Shown here piece after piece: positions 14,155-27,750 of a stretch of DNA of 64,000 nucleotides; the stretch's first letter is position 1, and each line of letters begins with the position of its first letter. Origin of the DNA: the human T2T-CHM13v2.0 reference genome, Homo sapiens; assembly GCF_009914755.1 (NCBI RefSeq), contig NC_060929.1; one strand, 5' to 3'. Under the pieces are notes generated by a model. That model was not told the DNA's origin. It did not search any database and saw only the letters and a program-made list of their open reading frames with translations. The position numbers and the translations under genes were made by a program.

Positions 14155-14691
14155 TCAGGAAGAGGTTTCAGAGAAGGATGGATGAAGGTTTTGATGAACA
14201 ATGGGAAACTGAGGATGGTTACTTCAGAAAGAGGAATAGTTTGAGTATTAGAAAAACCGTGAGATAAATTAGCCTGTCTTCCCACTGTGACCAATAGCTT
14301 GTTGGTAAATTTGGGAGGCCAAGTCAGGTGCCAGTTTGGATGTTCAGGAAGCACTGGCACTGTTAAGGGGGCGCAGGTGGGTGACTGCTGCCAGCCCTAT
14401 GAGACTGGGACCATCCTGCAGGCTTGACTATTGCTCCTGGAACATTGAGGGCTACCTCCAGGGAGATGGACCAGGCAAAGGCTCACAGGAAAAATCGGAG
14501 TGGACTGGCAGGGAGGGTGCATATCTGGAGTCAGATTCTGAGCGACCAGTAGGACAGTGCTGAGGCATCCAGACAGAGGTGACAGAGCCTGGACCTTGGA
14601 AAGAGGAGGCAAGGTGAGGGCGACCATCGTGAGGATGCAGGCAGGGCAAGGAGCATGGGCTGACGCTGAACACCAAGCACGTGAGGACTTT

Positions 14692-14867
14692 TCTGCTTTG
14701 GAAGCTTGTTGTTCAATGGGCAAAGTAATTCATCTCAATGGTAGTTACGATCTGTTTTGGAAGCTTGGTTTCTTTGGGCTAAGTAATTCATCTCAGTGGC
14801 AGTTATGATCTGCTTTGGAAGCTTGGCATTCAATGGACAAGGTAATTCATCTCAATGGTAGTAACAA
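14692..14867. repeat. Tandem repeat, about 59 bp x 3
   Basis: Unit TCTGCTTTGGAAGCTTG...GTAATTCATCTCAATGGTAGT starts at 14692, 14751 and 14809. Confidence 0.92.
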
Positions 14868-14879
14868 TTTTACAAGAAA

Positions 14880-15085
14880 CGTAATGAGCTCTTGTGAGCC
14901 ACACTCTGTGAAGCACTTCACAAATCTTTTTGCATCTTCTCCACCCATCATGAGGGGGATACTATTTCTATTTTTATTTATAGCTGAGGAAACAGAGGCA
15001 TGAGGAGGTGACTTTACTTACTGAGTCACAGAAGTACCTGGGGGAAGAGCTGTGTTTCAGCTCAGATGCTCCCGTCTAGCCCTGG
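14880..15085 (-). mobile_element. MIR SINE remnant
   Basis: Antisense core TTATAGCTGAGGAAACAGAGGCATGAGGAGGTGAC...GAGTCACA. Confidence 0.75.
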
Positions 15086-15458
15086 TCTCAGCCAGTGCAC
15101 TCAACAGTGATGCAAAGTAGAGAAGCGGCAAAACCAGACAAGGAAATAGTGCAGTGTTCGGGGGCTTCTTGTGGCACGGCAAGTAAACGAGGCTTTGATG
15201 TGACTTCTCTGGGTCAGGTGCACATGGAGCAAGCTGAAGGTCTAAAGCAAAGGCAGCCCTAGGCTCAGTACAAGGAGGCCTGAAAAGCAGGAGAGCAGAA
15301 GCCAAAAGCTACGTGACAGCCTGAAGCTACCTGGATTTGGGCTGCCCCTGGGTTTGGCTCTAGGGGATCTGCGAGCATATTGGGGAGTCTGCCTTAACCA
15401 GGAGAAGAAGACCAAATGAATGATGTAAACATCACAAAACAATTATCTAGGAAAGTCC

Positions 15459-15982
15459 TGTCGACATAAAAGTATATACAGATGGATCCCTAAGTAAAAA
15501 GGTTTTATTTAGAACAATATACAAGAAGTAGGATTACAATCCAGGACATCCATACAGATCAGGGTGGTCTCTGGTAGGTGCAGAGGACAAAGGAAAAGGT
15601 TAGGGTTTATTTGGGAAAGAGGAGGTCACCCAGATTGTTTGGAAAGAAAGTTCGTTGGCTCTGGCAGTGATTTCTAAGGGCTGGCAAGTGCTGACTGGCC
15701 AGAGTGAGCAGTCACTGGGTGGGCCCGTTATCCTAGTGTTAGGGTTAGGGCTTTGTAGTTTTGCACTGCGCCTGTGAGACACTGTGTCATGCAAGTGTTC
15801 TTGTCTAAGCGGCTGGCTGTCCTCCTGTGACTCATGTAGTGAGCTGCGATTTGGGAAAATCCCTTGTGATAGCTCCTGTTATCAGGCAAATGGTGCATGA
15901 CACTCCCCACTTCACGGCTTTCGCCAGCTCCATCTGCCAAGGTCTGATACAAGTGACTCCATTTTGAATCTGACAACTTTCA
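15459..15982 (-). mobile_element. ERV1 (MER4-group) solo LTR, MER31/MER67-like
   Basis: The right end GTGACTCCATTTTGAATCTGACAACTTTCA reads TGAAAGTTGTCAGATTCAAAATGGAGTCAC on the minus strand. The left end is TGTCGACATAAAA, and a minus-strand AATAAA (TTTATT) is present. Confidence 0.75.
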
Positions 15983-16108
15983 AAGCCTAATGCTAATAAA
16001 TAACACAAAAGCAGAGATGAAAGGGATAATTTTCAAGGCAAATACAATTGACCAAAATTTTATAAACTATAAATGGAAAACACAGATAAACAATATACCA
16101 AAAACTAT

Positions 16109-16584
16109 TGCATTAGTTTTCTGTTGCCACGGCAACAAATCAACCCAAACTTGTTGTCTTAAAGCAACACAGGTTTAACATCTTGCAGTTCTGGAGGCCA
16201 GGTGTCTGAAATCAGTTTCACAGGGATAAAGGGAAGGTGTTGGCAGGGCTGATACCTTCTGGGGACTCTAGAGGACAATCATTTTCCTGTCTTTTTTAGC
16301 TCCTGGAGGCCTGTGTTTCGTGGCTGATTGCCTGTCCCTTTCAACGGCACAACATTTTTATCATCATATCACCTGCTCCTCTGTAGGCAAATCAACCTTT
16401 TCCTCCTTATAAGACACTTGTGATTACACTTAGGGCACACCTCAATAATCCAGAATAACCTTCCCATCTCAATACCTTAACTAAACCATATTTGCAAAGC
16501 CCCCTTTGCCATATCGAGTAACATTCACAGGTTCTGTGTATTAGGATGTGGATAAAATGGAGTGTTATTCTTCAGCTTATCATA
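16109..16584 (-). mobile_element. MaLR solo LTR, MLT1D/E-like
   Basis: TGCATTAGTTTTCTGTTGC...GCAGTTCTGGAGGCCAG...TATAAGACACTTGTGATTACA...CAGAATAACCTTCCCATCTCAA. TSD ACTAT/ACCAT. Confidence 0.85.
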
Positions 16585-16589
16585 ACCAT

Positions 16590-16935
16590 TAAAGAAAATG
16601 AACCAATAATATGATTTTCACCACCCCCTCTTCACCCATTCACATCATGAAAATGTATCTGTCCCACATAATTTTATGGTCAAACATTTCAATCCAACTA
16701 AGGAAACCAATCATCCTTATTTCATTTTTAATAAACTCAAAATCTAGAAAAAAATAAAAGCTACTCAACTTGTTTTTTAAGGCTACTATAGCTTGATCTA
16801 AAAGGAAGTACAAGAAAAGACGATCAAAACTAAAGCCTGCTGAAGAAATTCTAGCTTATGAATATAGATGCAAAAATTAATTAAAATGCAAGCTAAGTCA
16901 GATATATCTTAGAAATGCAAATACAGTTAAGCATC
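16590..16935 (+). mobile_element. Ancient L1M (L1ME-like) ORF2 remnant, the target of the L1PA2 insertion
   Basis: A-rich degenerate ORF2 motifs (AAGGCTACTATAGCTTGAT, ATGAATATAGATGCAAAAAT). It continues after 22977. Confidence 0.6.
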
Positions 16936-16951
16936 AGAAAATCTACTTACA

Positions 16952-17404
16952 CTAAGGGAGAGCCAAGATGGCCGAATAGGAACAGCTCCGGTCTACAGCT
17001 CCCAGCGTGAGCGACGCAGAAGACGGGTGATTTCTGCATTTCCATCTGAGGTACCGGGTTTCTCTCACTAGGGAGTGCCAGACAGTGGGCGCAGGCCAGT
17101 GGGTGCGCGCATCGTGGACGAGCCGAAGCAGGGCGAGGCATTGCCTCACCTGGGAAGCGCGAGGGGTCAGGGAGTTCCCTTTCCAAGTCAAAGAAAGGGG
17201 TGACAGACGGCACCTGGAAAATCGGGTCACTCCCACCCGAATACTGCGCTTTTCCGACGGGCTTAAAAAACGGCGCACCACGAGATTACATCCCGCACCT
17301 GGCTCGGAGGGTCCTACGCCCACGGAGTCTCGCTGATTGCTAGCACAGCAGTCTGAGATCAAACTGCAAGGCGGCAGCCAGGCTGGGGGAGGGGCGCCCG
17401 CCAT
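16952..17404 (-). CDS. LINE-1 antisense ORF0, C-terminally extended to 150 aa (expression unproven)
   Basis: MAGAPPPAWLPPCSLISDCCASNQRDSVGVGPSEPG... matches the ORF0 N-terminus. The ATG at 17404 is in a GCAATGG Kozak context, and the frame is open to TAG at 16954-16952. Confidence 0.6.
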   Translation of the reverse strand: MAGAPPPAWLPPCSLISDCCASNQRDSVGVGPSEPGAGCNLVVRRFLSPSEKRSIRVGVTRFSRCRLSPLSLTWKGNSLTPRASQVRQCLALLRLVHDARTHWPAPTVWHSLVRETRYLRWKCRNHPSSASLTLGAVDRSCSYSAILALP

Positions 17405-17859
17405 TGCCCAGGCTTGATTAGGTAAACAAAGCAGCCAGGAAGCTCGAACTGGGTGGAGCCCACCACAGCTCAAGGAGGCCTGCCTGCCTCTGTAGGCTCC
17501 ACCTCTGGGGGCAGGGCACAGACAAACAAAAAGACAGCAGTAACCTCTGCAGACTTAAGTGTCCCTGTCTGACAGCTTTGAAGAGAGCAGTGGTTCTCCC
17601 AGCACGCAGCTGGAGATCTGAGAACGGGCAGACTGCCTCCTCAAGTGGGTCCCTGACCCCTGACCCTGGAGCAGCCTAACTGGGAGGCACCCCCCAGCAG
17701 GGGCACACTGACACCTCACACTGCAGGGTATTCCAACAGACCTGCAGCTGAGGGTCCTGTCTGTTAGAAGGAAAACTAACAAACAGAAAGGACATCCACA
17801 CCGAAAACCCATCTGTACATCACCATCATCAAAGACCAAAAGTAGATAAAACCACAAAG
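16956..17859 (+). promoter_or_regulatory. L1 5' UTR with internal sense promoter, antisense promoter and intact YY1 site
   Basis: CpG-rich UTR of about 900 bp. YY1 motif CAAGATGGCCG at 16964-16974. It lacks the 129-bp ZNF93-bound segment (GGGTATTCCAACAGACCTG junction near 17727-17745). Confidence 0.88.
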
Positions 17860-18874
17860 ATGGGGAAAAAACAGAACAGAAAAACTGGAAACTCTAAAAA
17901 GCAGAGCGCCTCTCCTCCTCCAAAGGAACTCAGTTCCTCACCAGCAACGGAACAAAGCTGGATGGAGAATGACTTTGACGAGCTGAGAGAAGAAGGCTTC
18001 AGACGATCAAATTACTCTGAGCTATGGGAGGACACTCAAACCAAAGGCAAAGAAGTTGAAAACTTTGAAAAAAATTTAGAAGAATGTAAAACTAGAATAA
18101 CCAATACAGAGAAGTGCTTAAAGGAGCTGATGGAGCTGAAAACCAAGGCTCGAGAACTACGTGAAGAATGCAGAAGCCTCAGGAGCTGATGCGATCAACT
18201 GGAAGAAAGGGTATCAGCGATGGAAGATGAAATGAATGAAATGAAGCAAGAAGGGAAGTTTAGAGAAAAAAGAATAAAAAGAAATGAGCAAAGCCTCCAA
18301 GAAATATGGGACTATGTGAAGAGACCAAATCTACGTCTGATTGGTGTACCTGAAAGTGATGGGGAGAATGGAACCAAGTTGGAAAACACTCTGCAGGATA
18401 TTATCCAGGAGAACTTCCCCAATCTAGCAAGGCAGGCCAACGTTCAGATTCAGGAAATACAGAGAACGCCACAAAGATACTCCTCGAGAAGAGCAACTCC
18501 AAGACACATAATTGTCAGATTCACCAAAGTTGAAATGAAGGAAAAAATGTTAAGGGCAGCCAGAGAGAAAGGTCGGGTTACCCTCAAAGGGAAGCCCATC
18601 AGACTAACAGCGGATCTCTCGGCAGAAACCCTACAAGCCAGAAGAGAGTGGGGGCCAATATTCAACTTCTTAAAGAAAAGAATTTTCAACCCAGAATTTC
18701 ATATCCAGCCAAACTAAGCTTCATAAGTGAAGGAGAAATAAAATACTTCACAGACAAGCAAATGCTGAGAGATTTTGTCACCACCAGGCCTGCCTTACAA
18801 GAGCTCCTGAAGGAAGCACTAAACATGGAAAGGAACAAGCGGTACCAGCCGCTGCAAATCATGCCAAAATGTAA
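17860..18874 (+). pseudogene. L1 ORF1p (RNA-binding chaperone), disrupted
   Basis: Begins MGKKQNRKTGNSK. Premature TGA at 18187-18189 (CGA>TGA) and 1-bp deletions near 18667 and 18857. Confidence 0.95.
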
Positions 18875-18922
18875 AGGCCATCGAGACTAAGAAGAAACTG
18901 CATCAACTAACGAGCAAAATAA

Positions 18923-22746
<3,824 letters not shown>

Positions 22747-22976
22747 ACAATGAGATCACATGGACACAGGAAGGGGAATATTACACTCTGGGGACTGTTG
22801 TGGGGTGGGGGGAGCGGGGAGGGATAGCGTTGGGAGATATACCTAATGCTACATGACGAGTTAGTGGGTGCAGCGCACCAGCATGGCACATGTATACATA
22901 TGTAACTAACCTGCACAATGTGCACATGTACCCTAAAACTTAAAGTATAATAAAAAAAAAAGAAAATCTACTTACA

Positions 22977-24310
22977 TAATATCCTAAATTAGCAATTTAA
23001 AGAAAAATTACTTTTGATCATCTTAAAGATGCATATAACACATTTAAAATACATTTAATGTAATTCAATGTCTATTTATAATACAAACCAATAGCAAATT
23101 AGAAATGAAAGGTAGATTTCATAATAAAAAGTATTTATCTCATCATCTAAAAGACAAACATAAGGCAAAGGAAATTAACTAAGCAATTCACACATAATAA
23201 ACACAAATACCTAATGGATAATTAAAGAAGTTCAACCTTTCTAGTAATCAAAGAACCACAAATGAAAACCACAGTTTTATATGTCTACAAAACAAATTGT
23301 ATAAAAATGCTTGTAGTGTATTTATTAAATAATAGCCAAACAATTTTTTTGTTGTAGTCTCACTATAAATGTCAACCAGAATTTATTTTCATTTTTTGAA
23401 AATGGTAACATTTATATAAAGAAACCAATAAGAATCACCAAAAGTTTGTGGAATGAAATGAGAAGAAACTAGCCCATCAGGTATTAAAATATATTATTAA
23501 GCCTTAAAATACTGTGGTACTGGCACATGAAAAGTTAGATACACTTTACAAAAACAAATCAACTAAAATCACAGGATTAGACCAACATATATAGGGACTT
23601 ACTGTTTCACAAAGGCGAAATAATATGTACAACAAACCCCCATGATGCGTATTTACCTATAAATAAACTTTCACGTGTACCCCCCCAATCCAAAATAAAG
23701 TTGAAAAAAATGGGGAAAGGGAGAAAAATGGACTGGTGTTTAAACATTTTATATTAGGGCAATTTAGTAGTCATATTTTTAAAAAATACAGTAAGGTTAG
23801 CTTCTCTACTTGACATATTACCTCATAACAAATTCCACCTGCATTGAATTTTAATTCACCTTAGAAAGTAAATCAGTTGTTCATTCCAAAATGCCCTTCT
23901 CAGCAGATGTGCACAAAAACTAGGTAATTTCAACATTTTGATTCCAACTAGAAATAGAAGAAAAATGTCTCAACTTAATATGGGATATCTAGAGATATAA
24001 CTGATACGCTTGATGGCAGAATGATATCATTCTTTTAAAAATCAGTGATAAGTCAGTGATGTCCATTTTTTCTGTCTGAATTCAATATTACATGTGTTTC
24101 TTGCACATACAATGAGACAAGAAACAAATGAATAACAAAAACTATGCAAATTGAAAAGAAAAACAAAAATTTCCTTGTAGAAACAATATTATGTCTACAT
24201 ACAAAACCTTGAGAATCTATAGATAATTTGTTATAGCTACTGGGAGATTTAGACCAAACTGTTGGATATAAGATAACTTACAAAAACAAAGAACATTCTT
24301 ATGAATGTTC
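22977..24310 (+). mobile_element. Patchwork of ancient L1M ORF2 remnants
   Basis: Degenerate motifs ATCATCTTAAAGATGCA, TTCAACCTTTCTAGTAATCAAAG, CTGTGGTACTGGCAC and CTAGAAATAGAAGAAAA. Confidence 0.6.
23614..23710 (+). mobile_element. Very short 3'-terminal L1PA13-16-like fragment
   Basis: GAAATAATATGTACAACAAACCCCCATGA...TTTACCTAT...CAAAATAAAGTTGAAAAAAA, similar to the end of the element at 11220-11308. Confidence 0.8.
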
Positions 24311-24499
24311 TGATTAATAAGAATAATGATGCCACAGGAAGAGGTGGGCTGCCACTGTTGCTGCATCTCCCCACATGGCTGCAATCCCCTCCCCCTCTGA
24401 CTTAAGTGACCTCCAAGGAATTTAAAGGGCCAGCACCCTTTCTCCTTTGTACCTCCTTGATTTTCCTCTTTTTTTTTTTTCACCTTCTGGGAGCCTGAC

Positions 24500-26760
24500 A
24501 TTCACAAGCAGCTGCATATATAAAGAAAAGTATAAAGTGACTGTGCATACCCAGAAAAAGGGACAAGTTTAGAGAAGACCTATGAAAACTTTGCATATAC
24601 CCATGAGTCTGGTCCTTCCCACAGAGATATCCTATAATAATAAATACCTTTTTAAAGAGACAAAATAGAAAACCCTGGAGTGGGGAGGGGGGTGGGGAAT
24701 GGAATCTGATTTTCAGAGTTACCACATTATTTGGATCAAATGTCCAGTTTCCTAAACAAATAAATGAACAAACAAAAACCATAGAGCATACAAAGAAACA
24801 AGAAAGCATGGCCCAACCAAAGAAAATAAATAAATCAACAGAAACTGTGCCTCCCTAAAAAAGACCTGTTGGCAGGTCTGCTAGGCAAAGACATCAAACA
24901 ACTGTCTTTAAAAAGATGCTCAAAGAACTAAAGGAAGATGTAGAGAAAGAAACGAAAATGATGTACTAAGAAAATGGCAATATCAATGTAGAAATAGAAA
25001 ATTTAAAGAGAAATTTAAAAGAAATATTGGTGTGAAAAGTACAATGCCAGAAATAAAAAACTCACAGATTTAGATCTGAGAATGCAGAAAAAAGAATCAG
25101 TGAACTTGAAGACAGAAGAATAAGAATTATCAAGTCTGAAGAACAGAAAGAAAAAATATTGAAGAAAAAGGAACCAAGTTTAAAGGACCTGTCAGGTACC
25201 ATCAAGCAGATCAACATATCTATTGTGGGAATTCTGGAAAAGAGAAAGAAGACAGAATATTTGAAGAAATAATGGCTGAAAAGTCTTCAAATTTGGTGAA
25301 CGACATGAACATAAGCATCTAAATGCTCAAAAAATTCCAAGTAAGATGAACTTAAAGAGACCCACACCCAGACATACTATAATCAGTTTCAAAAGACAAA
25401 GAGAGAAAGGCAAAGGGACAAAGGCAAAGAGAAAGACAGACAAAGACAAAGAAAATCTTGAAAGCAGCAAGAAAGAAGTGACTTATCACACACAAAAAAT
25501 CCTCCATAAGATTATTAGCTACTCTCCTATCAGAAACTTTGGAGGCCAAAGAATCTAATATGCGAGAAGACAGTCCTTCAATATGAGAAAGAAAATTAAA
25601 ACATTTCCAGATTTAAAAATGTTGAGAAAATTCATTACCACTAGGCCTTGGCTAAAAGAAATGATCAAGGGAGTCTTGAAGGGTGAACTGAAGGAACACT
25701 AGATAATAACTCAAAACTCTATAGAGAAATAAAAATCTAACTAAACGTAAATACATGCACAATTCTAAAAGCTAGTATCATTGTAACAATGGATTATAAC
25801 TGCACTTTTTGTTTTGTATATGATTTAAAAGAATTATTAATTTATGTTTTGGGACACACAATATACAAATTATGATGTACAAAGATGTAACTTCCTGATA
25901 TCAACAACCAGAAAAGAAGAAGAGGAAACTGTTAAAGAAGCAGTTTTGTATGTTATTGAAGTTATTATCATAAGAATTCAAATTAGGGTGTTATAATTTT
26001 GGGATGTTAAATGTAATCTTTATTGGAACCACAAAGAAAATAGCTACAGAATGTATAAAAAGGGAAATGAGAAAGAAATGTAAACATTTCACCAAGAAAA
26101 ATCAACTAAACATGAGAAAATGTAATAGTGCAGGAAATGAGGGACAAAAATGCTATAAGGCATATGGAAAACGAATAGCAAAATGATGGAAAAAGCCACC
26201 CCTTATCAGTAACTACTATAAAAGTAAGTGGATTAAACTCTGAAATCAAAAGATATACATTGGCAGAGTGTATTAAAAACAATAACAACAAAAAAGCATG
26301 ATTCAACTCTATGCCATCTACAAGACTCACTTTGTATCCAAAGACACAAATTGATTAATAGTGAACAAAGGGAAAACGAGATTTTAGGTAAATAGTAACC
26401 AGAAGAGAGCAGGTATGGTTATACTAACAATAGACAAAATTAAATTTAAATCAAGAAAGTTTACATGAGACAAAGGAGGATATTATATCTTAATAAAAGG
26501 TTGAATACAGCAAGAAAGGTGGTACTTAGAATACACAAAATCATAGAGACATGAAGTAGAGGGATCATTGCCCAGGATTCAGGAAAGCAAAAAATGGAAA
26601 ATAATTGTTTAATGGACATAGTGTTTATGGAGATGGATGATGATGATGGCCGTACAACATTATGAAGGTATTTGATACTGTACCATTGAACCTACACTTA
26701 AAAATAGTTAAGGTGGTAAATTTTATGTTATGTGTATTAAAAATTGGAAAAAATATTTTA
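24500..26760 (+). mobile_element. Old L1 (L1M4/L1MB-like): 5' region, ORF1 and ORF2 start joined to a 3' UTR end
   Basis: GAATCTGATTTTCAGAGTTACCAC (L1M 5' region), ORF1 remnant KRPTPRH, EN start (GGATTAAACTC...CTACAAGACTCACTTT), then an L1MB-type 3' end AAATCATAGAGACA...GGTAAATTTTATGTTATGTGTATT. Confidence 0.78.
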
Positions 26761-27583
26761 AAAATGTACTGTCTCACAGTTCAAGGGGCCAGAAGTCCAA
26801 GATCAAAGTAATGACATGAGGCAGACGGAAAAACAGGACAGGGACCCCCTCTTCATTTTCCCTTGCACACATCTGGCTACACTGTGTGCACTGAGCCTTT
26901 CAGCCTTGCAACCACAGACACCGCCCTTCACAAAATAGACCAATCACATCTGAGACAAATGGAGTACTTTCACCTCAGGCACCCTGACTGTCAACTAAAA
27001 GGACTTTCCAAAAGACCCTCCCCCATTGCACATACGCAGTGAAATCTCAGCTTGTCCTAATCTAACCTTTGCTTCAATTTAATAGCAAAAATTACATCCC
27101 TCGTTAGAGATATAAGATAATAATAAGATGACGTTCTTGTGTCCCTTTCTGCTCAAGATGAAAGCCCCAATGCACTGCCTCACTCAAGCCCCTACCAGAC
27201 TCTTGGTCTATTTCTATTTACTGAGGATAGAGAGCCCACTGCTGGTAACAGATGGGGTTGGTACCTTCTGAGGGCTTGAAGGAGAGTCTCTACATGTTTC
27301 TCTCCAGATTCCTGACAGCAGCCAGCAATCCTAGCATCCCCTGGCTTGTGGATGCATCACTCTAATCTCCCTCTCCATTGTCAGATGACCTTCCTCTCTT
27401 TGTCTCTCTTGCTGTCCTTCCAAGCACACTGGCCATTGGAGTTAAGGACCATATAAATCCAAGGTATTTTAGCCTTAAAATCTTTAACTAATTATATCTG
27501 CAAATATTCTCTTTGTAAATAAGGACACATGCTGAGGTTCTCAGTGGACACAAATTTTGTGGGACACTATTTAGCCTACTACA
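26761..27583 (-). mobile_element. MLT1C LTR (truncated), interrupted by an ERV1 LTR
   Basis: TCTCACAGTTC...AGAAGTCCAAGATCAA, resuming at 27251 with CCTTCTGAGGGC...GCAATCCT...GCATCACTCTAATCTC...GGGACACTATTTAGCCTACTACA. Confidence 0.82.
26812..27250 (+). mobile_element. ERV1 MER4-group solo LTR (MER66/MER83/LTR29-like, family uncertain)
   Basis: TG...CA-bounded 439-bp insert that splits MLT1C. It contains CTAACCTTTG...AATAGCAAAAATTACATCCC and ends GCTGGTAACA. Confidence 0.65.
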
Positions 27584-27589
27584 CTTTCT

Positions 27590-27750
27590 AACTATTTACT
27601 CATTGAATTCTCTATGAGGTAAATAATATTGTTACTCCTTTTTTGTAAATGAGAAAACCAAGGGTACAGAGAGTTTAAAACACTTGCTTAATATCACACA
27701 TGTAGAAAGAAACCGGTGTCTGGCACCAAGTCCAGGGCTCTGTCTACTTT
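27590..27750 (-). mobile_element. MIR remnant
   Basis: CTCTATGAGGTAAATAATATTG...AAATGAGAAAACCAAGG...GAGAGTTTAA. Confidence 0.7.
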
